A DNA stretch of 35,429 nt, taken from contig CALVJY010000023.1 in the NCBI GenBank assembly GCA_944332455.1, forward strand, positions 1 through 35,429, written 5' to 3'. Each line of letters starts with the position of its first letter. Positions within the stretch are counted from its first letter, which is position 1. Position numbers and translations under genes: made by a program. The notes under the pieces are model-generated. The model did no database searches and was not told where the DNA came from. It worked only from the letters and a program-made list of their open reading frames with translations. The stretch comes from an uncultured Clostridia bacterium (GTDB taxonomy: Bacteria; Bacillota; Clostridia; Christensenellales; HGM11417). Below, piece after piece: positions 25,178 through 33,826 of this stretch.

Positions 25178-25558
25178 TCAGCTTTTGCCCTGTTTTTTGC
25201 GGTAGTCGTCCACCGCCAATTTAATGGCCTCCTCGGCCAGCACCGAGCAGTGGATCTTCTGCGGGGGGAGCCCCTCCAGGGCCTCGACCACGTCCCGGTT
25301 TTTGATCTTCAGGGCGTCGTCCACGCTCTTGCCGATGATCATGCCGGTGGCCATGGAGCTGGAGGCGATGGCCGCCGCGCAGCCGAAGGTCTGGAACTTG
25401 GCGTCCCGGATGACGTCGGTGTCCTTGTCGATCTTCAGGTAGATCTTCATGATGTCCCCGCAGGTGGGGTTGCCCACGGTGCCCACGCCGTCGGCGTCCT
25501 CGATGACCCCCACGTTCTGGGGATGGGCAAAGGTTTCCATGACTTTTTCGCTATACAT
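25178..25558 (-). CDS. iscU: Fe-S cluster assembly scaffold, IscU/NifU N-terminal-domain type
   Basis: NPTCGDIMKIY...FQTFGCAAAIASSS...KIHCSVLAEEAIK: the three conserved Cys of the IscU scaffold; 126 aa; RBS GGAGAA. Confidence 0.9.
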   Translation of the reverse strand: MYSEKVMETFAHPQNVGVIEDADGVGTVGNPTCGDIMKIYLKIDKDTDVIRDAKFQTFGCAAAIASSSMATGMIIGKSVDDALKIKNRDVVEALEGLPPQKIHCSVLAEEAIKLAVDDYRKKQGKS

Positions 25559-26732
25559 GTTTGATTTCTCCTCTCTGGGGATTGAACAGCGGGGACATGG
25601 CCCGCAGATTTTGCAGCGTTTCCTTTAAGACTTCCACGGTGTAGTCGGTCTCCTCCAGGGTGTTGCGCCGGCCGAAGGTGAAGCGGATGGAGCCGTGCGC
25701 CAGCTCGACGGGCACCCCCATGGCCAGCAGCACGTGGGAGGGGTCCAGCGACCCCGAGGTGCAGGCCGAGCCCGAGGAGACCGCGATGCCCTTCAGGTCC
25801 AGGGTCATCAGAATGGACTCGCCCTCGACGTACTCGAAGGAAAAGTTGACGTTGTTGGGGAGGCGGTCGGTCGGATGCCCGTTCAGCCGGAGGTCGGGGA
25901 TCTCCTTCTGCACCCGGTCGATGAAGTGATCGCGCAGGGCCCTGACGTGGGCGTTGTTTTCCTCCATCCCCCCGACCGCCCGGGCAATGGCCTCGCCCAG
26001 GCCCACGATGCCGGGGGTGTTGGTGGTCCCGCCCCGCATGGAGCGCTCCTGCGCCCCGCCGATGATGAGCTTGTCCAGCCGGACGCCGTTCCGGACGATC
26101 AGCGCGCCCACGCCCTTGGGACCGTAGAACTTGTGGGCGGACAGGCTCAACAGGTCGATGCCCTGTTCGCTCACGTTGAGGGGCAGACTGCCCACGGCCT
26201 GCACGGCGTCGGTGTGGAACAGCACGCCTTTGGCCTTGCAGAGTTTGGCGATCTCGCCGATGGGCTGCACGGTGCCGACCTCGTTGTTGGCCGCCATGAC
26301 CGACACCAGCACGGTGTCCGGGCGGATGGCCGCCTCCAGCTGATCCATTCGGATCTTTCCGTTCTCGTCCACGTCGACGTAGGTGACCTCGAAGCCCTCC
26401 TTTTCCAGCTGCTCGCAGGCGTGAAGGACGGCATGGTGCTCAATTTTGGAGGTGATCAGGTGCCGGCCCTTGTCGGTGTGGGCGTGCATGATCCCCTTCA
26501 GCGCCCAGTTGTCCGACTCGGTGCCGCCCGAAGTGAAGTAGACTTCGGAGGGCTTGCAGCCCAGGGCCGCCGCCACCTGTCCCCTGGCTTTGTCCACGGC
26601 CCTGGCGGCCTCCCGTCCGAACCCGTGCAGGGAGGAGGCGTTGCCGAAGACCTCGCAGAAGTAGGGCTTCATGGCCTCGAACACCTCGGGATCGGTGTAG
26701 GTGGTCGCCGCGTGATCCAGATAAACTTTCAT
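25551..26732 (-). CDS. iscS: Cysteine desulfurase (NifS/IscS family, PLP-dependent)
   Basis: Start at MKVYLDHAATTYTDPEVFEAMKPYF with RBS AAGGAAG (the track's 45-aa N-terminal extension is rejected). SAHKFYGPKGVGALIV PLP-Lys region; SSGSACTSGSLDPSHVL active-site Cys loop. 8-nt overlap with iscU. Confidence 0.9.
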   Translation of the reverse strand: MKVYLDHAATTYTDPEVFEAMKPYFCEVFGNASSLHGFGREAARAVDKARGQVAAALGCKPSEVYFTSGGTESDNWALKGIMHAHTDKGRHLITSKIEHHAVLHACEQLEKEGFEVTYVDVDENGKIRMDQLEAAIRPDTVLVSVMAANNEVGTVQPIGEIAKLCKAKGVLFHTDAVQAVGSLPLNVSEQGIDLLSLSAHKFYGPKGVGALIVRNGVRLDKLIIGGAQERSMRGGTTNTPGIVGLGEAIARAVGGMEENNAHVRALRDHFIDRVQKEIPDLRLNGHPTDRLPNNVNFSFEYVEGESILMTLDLKGIAVSSGSACTSGSLDPSHVLLAMGVPVELAHGSIRFTFGRRNTLEETDYTVEVLKETLQNLRAMSPLFNPQRGEIKHV

Positions 26733-26988
26733 AACAGCACTTCCTTGTGTTTCTCTCTCTTGCTTTGCGTATTTCTCTTGCTGACACTGCGGATGTCCGG
26801 CATATTTCCTGTCGGCTGTCCGACACCTTCCCGGACACCCGGTCATGTTCATTCGGCTGTCCGGCATTCAAAGCAGAAATCAATATATCATGTAAAAATT
26901 CAATGATTTTGTAACGACTCGCCTGATAAAGAACGCTCTTGCAGATCGGCTCAGGCGAACGGCTTCCTCCTGTCCGGCCGCGCCCCGG

Positions 26989-27444
26989 TCAGGAGGCCTC
27001 TTTCGGCCCCTGGTCCGGGCCGGAGAGATCGCCCTTGCCGGCCCGCCGATAGTCGTCCAGCATGCCCTGCAAACTGACCTCGTCCAGAATTTTGTTGATG
27101 CCCTGATAGAGGCGGTTCCAGATGGCGCAGGTGGGGCACTTTTCCTCGGCCGAACAGGGGGTGACCAGACAGTCGATGATGGTCAGGTTGTCCTCCAGCG
27201 CCCGGACGATCTCCCCCGCGGTCACTTCGGCAGGGGGACGGCTGAGGGCATAGCCCCCGTCCTTGCCCCGCTCGGCGCGCAGAAGGCCGACACGCTTTAG
27301 GGGCATGACCAGCTGCTCCAGATAGGCAGGACTGACCGAGGTCAGCTCGGACAGCCTGGCGATGGAGAGCGGCCCCTGCCCGTAGGCCTCGGCCAGATAG
27401 AAACAGGCCTTCAGCCCGTACTGCGCTTTGGTGGAAAGTTTCAT
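26989..27444 (-). CDS. iscR: Rrf2-family transcriptional regulator, IscR-like (three Cys ligands)
   Basis: MKLSTKAQYGLKACFYLAEAYGQGPLSIARLSELTSVSPAYLEQLVMPLKRVGLL wHTH; C..C.....C cluster (CLVTPCSAEEKCPTC); first gene of the iscR-iscS-iscU operon. Confidence 0.85.
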   Translation of the reverse strand: MKLSTKAQYGLKACFYLAEAYGQGPLSIARLSELTSVSPAYLEQLVMPLKRVGLLRAERGKDGGYALSRPPAEVTAGEIVRALEDNLTIIDCLVTPCSAEEKCPTCAIWNRLYQGINKILDEVSLQGMLDDYRRAGKGDLSGPDQGPKEAS

Positions 27445-27679
27445 GTCTGCTCCTGGCCCCCTTTCCGGGGCCGTCTGAACGGTCTTTCGGATGGCACCGT
27501 CTTCTGAAAAGATATCCGACCGTTTTGCTAGGATATTCTACCATATCTTCCCCCGCCTTGTCAAGTTTTAAACGATCAATTCCGACAAAAAATCTCGGAA
27601 TTTAAAAAACTTTTTCCCGGCCCTCCGTCTCCTCTCCTCTTTCCACCTTACTCTTTCGCCCTCCGCTCCGCTTTTCCCC

Positions 27680-27748
27680 TTCTTTCTCTCATTTTTCTCT
27701 TATTTTTCTCTAATTTGCTCTTATTTTCTCTTATTTGCTCTTACTTTT
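27680..27748. repeat. Short tandem repeat, ~6 copies of a 10-11-nt unit TTT(T)(T/G)CTCT(T)A(T), immediately upstream of a consensus promoter
   Basis: tctttctctca tttttctctta tttttctctaa tttgctcttat tttctcttat ttgctcttac, read directly. Confidence 0.7.
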
Positions 27749-27750
27749 GA

Positions 27751-27779
27751 TTGACGAAAAGCAGAGCAAATGCTATAAT
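27751..27779 (+). promoter_or_regulatory. Consensus sigma-70 promoter TTGACG - 17 nt - TATAAT
   Basis: ttgacgaaaagcagagcaaatgcTATAAT; RBS GGAGG 8 nt before the ATG at 27808. Confidence 0.65.
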
Positions 27780-27807
27780 AGAGGCAGTTCGTGCAGGAGG
27801 TCCGGTT

Positions 27808-29091
27808 ATGACCGAAGGACAGGAGATCGAATTCAAGAGGGAATACACCGACCAGATCAAAAAAGAAGTTGTGGCTTTTCTGAACACCAACGACGGCACC
27901 GTGTACATCGGCGTGGACGGCAGCGGCAAGGCCGTGGGCGTGGCGGATGCCGACGAAGTCATGCAGCGCGTTTCCTCCGCACTGCGGGAGGGGATCAGCC
28001 CGGACTGCACCCAGTTTTTCCGCCTGGATTCGGTGCAGGAGGAGGGCAAACAGGTGGTCCGCATCCACGTGGTGCGGGGGACGCAGACACCGTACTATCT
28101 CAGCGACAAGGGCCTCCGCCCCAACGGCGTCTACCTGCGCGTGGGCAGCACTTCCGTTCCCGCGCAGGAGGAGAGCATCCGCAAGCTGCTCCGCCGTTCG
28201 GAGGTCCAGCCCTACGAAAACAAAAAGGCGGCCCGGCAGGATCTGACCTTTTCGGCCGCGGCGCGGGTGTTTTCCGGACGCGGGCTGGAGTTCGGCCCCG
28301 CCCAGATGAGGACGCTCGGCCTGCTCGACGGCGAGGGCTTTTTTACCAACCTCGGCCTGCTGCTGTCCGACCAGTGCGGACACAGCGTCAAATGCGCCAT
28401 CTTCGAGGGAACGACCAAAGCCGTCTTTAAAGACCGCAAAGAGTTTACGGGCTCTCTGTTCACCCAGATCGATCTGACGCTGGAGTATCTGAACGTCTAC
28501 AACAGGACGGCCTCGGTTATCGGAGAAAAACTGCGGGAGGACCGCCGTGAATACCCCCCCACGGCCATCCGTGAAGCCCTGCTCAATGCCCTGATCCACC
28601 GGGAATATTCCTTCAGCGGCAGTACCTTTGTCAACCTGTACGAAGACCGCCTGGAGATCCTCTCCCTCGGCGGTCTGCCCGAGGGGCTTTCGGAGGAAGC
28701 CATCCGCATGGGGATCTCGCAGCCCCGCAACCGCCGGCTGGCAGAGGTCTTTTACCGCCTGAACTACATCGAGGCCTACGGCACCGGCATCCCCCGAATC
28801 TGGGAGACTTACGCCGGCAGCGGACGATCGCCGGAGATCAGGGTCATCGACGGCGCCTTCCGGATCTGCCTGCCCAACCTGCTGTTCGGCCGGCCGGCAG
28901 AGGCCGGGACCTCCCCTCAGGAACAGACCCTTTTGTCCCATCTGCGGGAGCACGGGGAGATCGACAAAGAAACAGCCGCAGAACTTTTGGGGACCAAGGC
29001 GCCGAGGGCTTACTCCATCCTGCGCGCCATGACAGAAAAAAAGCTGCTGACCGCATACAAGAAGGGGAAAAAATTTGTCTACCGCCTTTGA
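27808..29091 (+). CDS. Schlafen-like AlbA_2 (divergent AAA) + HATPase_c_4 (RecG-C-terminal-like) protein with C-terminal wHTH; putative nucleic-acid-binding regulator
   Basis: N-terminal EIEFKREYTDQIKKEVVAFLNTNDGTVYIGVDGSGKAVGV matches the AlbA_2 pattern. REALLNALIHREYSFSGSTFVNLYEDRLEILSLGGLPEGLS...PRNRRLAEVFYRLNYIEAYGTGIPRI matches HATPase_c_4. The C-terminus ...ETAAELLGTKAPRAYSILRAMTEKKLL is HTH-like. Confidence 0.7.
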   Translation: MTEGQEIEFKREYTDQIKKEVVAFLNTNDGTVYIGVDGSGKAVGVADADEVMQRVSSALREGISPDCTQFFRLDSVQEEGKQVVRIHVVRGTQTPYYLSDKGLRPNGVYLRVGSTSVPAQEESIRKLLRRSEVQPYENKKAARQDLTFSAAARVFSGRGLEFGPAQMRTLGLLDGEGFFTNLGLLLSDQCGHSVKCAIFEGTTKAVFKDRKEFTGSLFTQIDLTLEYLNVYNRTASVIGEKLREDRREYPPTAIREALLNALIHREYSFSGSTFVNLYEDRLEILSLGGLPEGLSEEAIRMGISQPRNRRLAEVFYRLNYIEAYGTGIPRIWETYAGSGRSPEIRVIDGAFRICLPNLLFGRPAEAGTSPQEQTLLSHLREHGEIDKETAAELLGTKAPRAYSILRAMTEKKLLTAYKKGKKFVYRL

Positions 29092-29187
29092 CCCGGACGG
29101 CCGATTTCCCTTGCTCTTAACTTTTTCCAGCCAAAATGAAAGAATGAGAACGATTCCGCGAACATTTCGGTCAGGCCGTCAAAAGTC

Positions 29188-29216
29188 TTGCTTCCGTCGC
29201 GATTTTGTGGTACAAT
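29188..29216 (+). promoter_or_regulatory. Promoter TTGCTT - 17 nt - TGgTACAAT (extended -10)
   Basis: Read directly upstream of mtlD; RBS AAGGAG. Confidence 0.55.
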
Positions 29217-29249
29217 GAAAGGCAATCGGAAACACAAGGAGATGCAAAC

Positions 29250-30473
29250 ATGAAAGCGGTCATTTACGGCGCCGGGAACATCGGCAGAGGGTTCATCGGC
29301 CAGCTGATGAGCCAGAGCGGCTACGAAGTGGTCTTTCTGGACATTGCGGAGGCGGTCATCGACCGGCTCAATCAGGATCATCACTACCCCGTGGTGGTGG
29401 TCGGCGACGACGGGGATCAGGTCATCGACGTGACCAACGTCTCCGGGGTCAACAGCAAGGACGAGGAGGCCGCCGCCAAACAGATCTTTGAGGCCGACGT
29501 CATGGCCACCTCGGTGGGCGTGAACGTGCTGAAATTCATCGCCCGGCCGGTGGCCAAGGGCATTTCCGCCCGCATCAAGGCCAAAAGGCCCCCGCTCAAC
29601 ATTCTGCTGTGCGAAAACCTCATCGAAGCCGACCGCTACCTGAAGGGAGAGCTGTTCAAGTATCTGTCCGAGGAGGAGCAGAAGGTGTTCGGCCAATACG
29701 TGGGCCTGGTGGAGGCCAGCATCGGCCGCATGGTGCCCGTCCTGCCCAAGGCCGAGGGGGAAAATCCCCTGAAGGTCTGCGTGGAGTCCTTTGACATCCT
29801 GCATCTGGACAAGGCCGGCTTTGTGGGCGAGATCCCCCCCATCAAGAACATCCTCCCCTACGCGCCCTTCGACTACTTCATCCAGCGCAAACTGTTCATC
29901 CACAACATGTGCCACGCCATGACGGCATACCTTGGGAGCCTGCGCGGCTATGAGTACATCTGGGAGGCCGTGTCCGATCCCGAGATCCGCTACTGCGTGC
30001 TGGAGGCCGGCACCGCCGCCGCCCGGGCCATCGCCGCGGACACCAAGGGAGATCTGGGCGACCTGCTGGACTTTTTGAACAAACTGCTCTTCCGCTTTGA
30101 CAACACCGCCCTGCAGGACACCGTGGAGCGAGTCGGAAGGGATCCCGTCCGCAAGCTGAAGGCCAACGACCGGCTGGTGGGCGCCTTCCTGCTGTGCAAA
30201 AAGCACGGCATCGAGACCGTCTGGCTGGACCTGGCCCTGGCCGCCGCCCTCTCCTACCGCAACAAAGCCGACGACAAGTCCATGGAGATCCAGCGCGCCG
30301 TCGCCGCCGAGGGACTGAAGGCCGCCCTGATCCGCTATGCCGGCACCGAGGACTTCCCCGAGGCCGACCTCGAGAGCATTTCCGTGCTGTACGGCATGAT
30401 CGCCGAGGGCTCCTTCACGGCCGCCATGCGCTATTGCGCCAAGACCCTGGCCAACCGCATCCCCAACAAGTAA
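29250..30473 (+). CDS. mtlD: Mannitol-1-phosphate 5-dehydrogenase
   Basis: MKAVIYGAGNIGRGFIGQL (Rossmann); PLNILLCENL; QRKLFIHNMCHAMTAYLG; DTVERVGRDPVRKLKANDRL. All match the E. coli MtlD pattern recalled from memory. Start at MKAV (the track start is 15 codons upstream). Confidence 0.85.
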   Translation: MKAVIYGAGNIGRGFIGQLMSQSGYEVVFLDIAEAVIDRLNQDHHYPVVVVGDDGDQVIDVTNVSGVNSKDEEAAAKQIFEADVMATSVGVNVLKFIARPVAKGISARIKAKRPPLNILLCENLIEADRYLKGELFKYLSEEEQKVFGQYVGLVEASIGRMVPVLPKAEGENPLKVCVESFDILHLDKAGFVGEIPPIKNILPYAPFDYFIQRKLFIHNMCHAMTAYLGSLRGYEYIWEAVSDPEIRYCVLEAGTAAARAIAADTKGDLGDLLDFLNKLLFRFDNTALQDTVERVGRDPVRKLKANDRLVGAFLLCKKHGIETVWLDLALAAALSYRNKADDKSMEIQRAVAAEGLKAALIRYAGTEDFPEADLESISVLYGMIAEGSFTAAMRYCAKTLANRIPNK

Positions 30474-30510
30474 AATACCGCAAAAACGGGGAAAACGCCT
30501 CAAAACCGGT

Positions 30511-30740
30511 TCGGGTAAATACTGCAAAAAAGCAGATAGCCCCGGTACAGGGAAAACAGGGCGAACACCGCAGCGGGTAAATTACCGGGAAAGCAGATAA
30601 AATATCCCGAAAAAAACAAACGAAAACGCAATGGGTAAAAATGCCCGCGTAAAGCAGCGGATCTTTGGGCCTCGACGTGTGGCGCCTTGGGCGAACACCG
30701 CAGCGGGTAAATTACCGCGAAAGGCAGATGATCCGCCTCA
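30511..30740. repeat. Degenerate tandem repeat, 4 copies at ~60-70-bp spacing of GGGTAAA-N(9-12)-AAAGCAGA(T/C). Includes a 29-bp exact duplicate GGGCGAACACCGCAGCGGGTAAATTACCG (30559-30587 and 30689-30717)
   Basis: Read directly; intergenic between mtlD and the rtcB 3' end. Confidence 0.65.
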
Positions 30741-30766
30741 AAAAACAAGTGAATACCGCGAAAAGC

Positions 30767-30807
30767 AAAACCGGCCTCCCGCAGATGTTGCGGGAGGCCG
30801 GTTTTAT
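30767..30807. terminator. Bidirectional rho-independent terminator (AAAA-CCGGCCTCCCGC-agatgtt-GCGGGAGGCCGG-TTTTAT)
   Basis: 12-bp GC stem flanked by an A-run and a T-run; terminates rtcB (minus strand) and possibly mtlD (plus strand). Confidence 0.75.
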
Positions 30808-30842
30808 GACCGTTCCCCAATATTTCGGACATCTGTCCTTTT

Positions 30843-32063
30843 TCACTGTCCGGCCTTGAAGTTGTAGCGGGGGCGGAGGACGGCTTTGACTGCGGCGGTG
30901 GGGCCGAGGTTTTTCAGGATGTGGTCCATGCTCTTGTAGGCCATGGGGCACTCGTCCAGGGTCTCCTCCCCCACCGAAGTGGTGAAGATGCCGGCCATGC
31001 TCTCCCGGAAGGCCTCCACCGTAAAGCGGGTCCTGGCCTCGGCCCGGGAGCACAGGCGGCCGGCGCCGTGGGGAGCCGAGCAGTTCCAGTCGGGATTGCC
31101 CAGCCCCTCGCACAGCAGGCTGCCGTCCCGCATGTTGATGGGAATGAGCAGCCGCTCTCCCGTTCGGGCCGACACCGCCCCCTTGCGCACGATGCGGTCG
31201 GTCAGGTCGATGTAGTTGTGCACGGTCTCGAAGCGGTCGAAATCGGCAAGCTCCTCCCCGAACAGCCCCTTGAGCAGGGTGTCCGCGATCAGGGCCCGGT
31301 TGCGGACGGCGAAGACCTGGCAGAGGGCCATGTCGTGCAGATAGTCCTCCCGATCCGGCCCGGTCAGAAAGCACAGGTCCTTGGGCGTCGAGGGCTGTCT
31401 GGCCGTGAAAGAGGCCTCCAGGGCCTTCAGCGCGGGCTGGATCTCGGCGCGGCGGCCCTCGGCCTTGAATTTTGCGATGAGCTCGCGGCGGGCGGCGAAC
31501 AGCTCGCCCTTGCCGGAGGCCAGATCCACGGCCAGGGTCTGGTAGCGCTCGGCCACCTGCTTGCCCAGGTTCCGGCTGCCGGTGTGGATGATCAGGTACA
31601 GCGCCCCCTCGCCGTCGGCGTCCACCTCGATGAAGTGATTGCCCCCGCCCAGGGTGCCCAGCGACCGCTCCAGCCGGCGGCTGTCCTTCAGCTCCCGGAA
31701 CATGCGAAGCTCCTCCAGGGGGAAGCGGGCCTTGCGACCCTCGTGTACGGCCGTGCCCGCGGGGATCTCGGCGCGGATCAGCCCGTCCAGGGCGGCAAAG
31801 TCCACCTTCCTCTTTCCCAGCGCCACGGTCAGCATGCCGCAGCCGATGTCCACCCCCACCAGGTTGGGCACCACCTTGTCCCCCAGATCCGCGGTAAAGC
31901 CGATCACGCACCCCGCCCCGGCGTGGACGTCGGGCATGATCCGCACCCGGCAGCCCTCGGCAAAGGGCTGATCCAGCAGCAGCCCGATCTGCGCCCGGGC
32001 GCTCTCCTCGATCTCGTCGGCGAACACGACGGCCGAGGCAAATTTTCCCTCGATGTTCAGCAT
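30843..32063 (-). CDS. rtcB: RNA-splicing ligase RtcB (3'-phosphate/5'-OH RNA ligase)
   Basis: Start at MLNIEGKF with RBS AAAGGAGG. RIMPDVHAGAGCVIGF...VGVDIGCGM and the C-terminal ...NCSAPHGAGR region match RtcB; ~407 aa, like E. coli RtcB. Confidence 0.9.
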   Translation of the reverse strand: MLNIEGKFASAVVFADEIEESARAQIGLLLDQPFAEGCRVRIMPDVHAGAGCVIGFTADLGDKVVPNLVGVDIGCGMLTVALGKRKVDFAALDGLIRAEIPAGTAVHEGRKARFPLEELRMFRELKDSRRLERSLGTLGGGNHFIEVDADGEGALYLIIHTGSRNLGKQVAERYQTLAVDLASGKGELFAARRELIAKFKAEGRRAEIQPALKALEASFTARQPSTPKDLCFLTGPDREDYLHDMALCQVFAVRNRALIADTLLKGLFGEELADFDRFETVHNYIDLTDRIVRKGAVSARTGERLLIPINMRDGSLLCEGLGNPDWNCSAPHGAGRLCSRAEARTRFTVEAFRESMAGIFTTSVGEETLDECPMAYKSMDHILKNLGPTAAVKAVLRPRYNFKAGQ

Positions 32064-32221
32064 GAGGACCTCCTTTGGGTCAGACCGTTTTATTTTTGAC
32101 GCTGCGTTTTCTCTACCTGCGGGCGGCCCTCCGATGTTCAAAAGCTGCCGTCGGCCGCTCTTTACGAAGAAACGCTCGTTTGAAGGCAGAGAGGAAGCCG
32201 GCCCCCCCTTTTGGGCGGCCT

Positions 32222-33328
32222 TCAGTCCTGCCCGCCGGCGGGGCGGATGAGGGCGGTCAGCTGGGAGAGAAAGTCTCCCCCGTTCAGGGTCAGCGAGCCC
32301 ACGTTCTCGCAGATCTTCTCCAGCGCCTCCAGCTCCTTCAGGCGGTACAGGGTGCGGTTCTCCTCCATCAGGCGGGCGGTGTTCAGCAGGGAGCGGGTGG
32401 AGGCCACCTCCTCCCGGCGGGCGATGACGTTGGCCTGGGCCCGCTTTTCGGCGGCCAGCACCGAGTTCATGATCTCCCGGATCTCCCCGGGCAGGATGAT
32501 GTCCTTGACCCCGGCCTCGGCGATCTCGGCCCGGAGCGCCTTGGCCCGGGGCGCCAGCCCGGCGAGGACGGCAGCCGAAATTTTGTCCTTGTCCTCCAGG
32601 ATCTCGTCCATGGTGCGGGTACCCACGTAATCCCGTAGGGCCAGCTGGGCGGTCAGCCGGAGCTGCTCTGCGGGGTCCTCGTTCTCCAAAAAGGGGGTGA
32701 CGGGGTCGGTGAAGCGGTAGGTCAGCACAAAGTTGATGCGCACCGAGGCCTTGTCGCGGGTGAGGATCTCCTGCCCCGAAAGCTCCATCCGGGTCAGGCG
32801 GACGTCCACCAGCTCGGTCTCCACCCGGACCCGGCCCCGCCAGAAGAAGTAGGTGCCCGGCTCGAGCAGGCGGACCAGCTTTTTGTTGAACAGCAGTCTG
32901 GCACGCTTGCCCTCGGGGACCTCCACGCGGTGGAAAAAGCAGGCGGGCAGCTTGTCGAACACGGCGGCGGGGACCCTTTCGGAGACCTCCGGGTCAGAGA
33001 AGTCCTCCAGCAAAAAGGTGTGCGCGCCGGCCTCCTGCCAGAACAGGTGCACGCCCTCGCGCAGGCAGCCGGCAAAGCGGCCGTCCAGAAAGTGCAGGGC
33101 GATCTGCCCGTCCCCGACCTCCACGGCGGCGACGGCCTCCTTCAGGGCGGGGTGGGCCGCAAGCTGCTTGGCGGTCAGCTCGGGGCAGGCGATCTCCTCC
33201 TCCAGCGGCACCGTCCGGATCCGGCTCCGCCGGCCCCACAGGCGGTATCTGCCGGGGAGCAGCGCCCTGCAAAGTTTGCCGTCCCTCAGCAGCAGTCCCC
33301 TCTCGGTCTGATCGATGACGATGATCAT
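32222..33328 (-). CDS. SPFH/band-7 (stomatin/slipin-like) domain protein with an N-terminal extension containing three degenerate copies of the SPFH-leading beta-hairpin motif
   Basis: Band-7 core: ...ILTRDKASVRINFVLTYRFTDPV...DEILEDKDKISAAVLAGLAPRAKALRAEIAEAGVKDIILPGEIREIMNSVLAAEKRAQANVIARREE.... N-terminus: ERGLLLRDGKLCRALLPGRYRLW / FAGCLREGVHLFW / KRARLLFNKKLVRLLEPGTYFFW. RBS GGAGGA; immediately upstream of rtcB on the same strand. Confidence 0.85.
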   Translation of the reverse strand: MIIVIDQTERGLLLRDGKLCRALLPGRYRLWGRRSRIRTVPLEEEIACPELTAKQLAAHPALKEAVAAVEVGDGQIALHFLDGRFAGCLREGVHLFWQEAGAHTFLLEDFSDPEVSERVPAAVFDKLPACFFHRVEVPEGKRARLLFNKKLVRLLEPGTYFFWRGRVRVETELVDVRLTRMELSGQEILTRDKASVRINFVLTYRFTDPVTPFLENEDPAEQLRLTAQLALRDYVGTRTMDEILEDKDKISAAVLAGLAPRAKALRAEIAEAGVKDIILPGEIREIMNSVLAAEKRAQANVIARREEVASTRSLLNTARLMEENRTLYRLKELEALEKICENVGSLTLNGGDFLSQLTALIRPAGGQD

Positions 33329-33345
33329 AAGTCGTTCCTCCGATT

Positions 33346-33500
33346 TTACTTTTTTACGCCCCTTGCGGAGCGGTACGCGCTTTTTTCGGCTGTTCCGGCG
33401 GGGCGGCCGCTCGGCTCTCCCTGCGGAACGGGGTGCAGTTTTTTACGCCCCTTGCGGAGCGGTACGCGCTTTTTCCGGCTGTTCCGGCGGGGCGGGGGCC
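33346..33500. repeat. Two direct copies of a ~60-bp unit TTTTTTACGCCCCTTGCGGAGCGGTACGCGCTTTTT(T)C(C)GGCTGTTCCGGCGGGGCGG (33346-33405; 33441-33500) in the upstream region of the SPFH-rtcB pair
   Basis: Read directly. Confidence 0.7.
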
Positions 33501-33826
33501 GCGGCCCGATCCCGTTCGTCCCCGAAGAGGGAGGCTTGAACCTCAAGCCCTGCTTTTCGGGGCCTTCCGGGGGAAGAGCCCGGACAGGCCCGCCCCGCGT
33601 CGTCCGGCCCTTCCCGAGGGAAGTCCGGCAGCCGTCGGCCGTTTTGGGGGACGGCCGGCCCCTTCGGGCGCCCCGCACAGAGGTCGTGCGATCGCCCTGA
33701 CATGCGCCGAGTGGGCGGCGCGCCCCGGATGGATCCCTGATCCATTGCCGCGAGTTAAAGTCCCGCGGCCGGACTTTCTCCTTGAAAGGGAGCTGTTGGA
33801 CGGGAGTCCTAGCCGCTGGTCCGGCA

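Noticed and set aside
33765-33795. Possible RNase P RNA P4-like motif (minus strand GGAGAAAGTCCGGCC)
   Set aside because: The universal motif is GAGGAAAGTCCGGGC. Here one G is missing and none of the other conserved RNase P regions (GGGCAGG..GCCAGGTAACGCCTGGG, ACAGAACCCGGCTTA / type-B equivalents) are found nearby.
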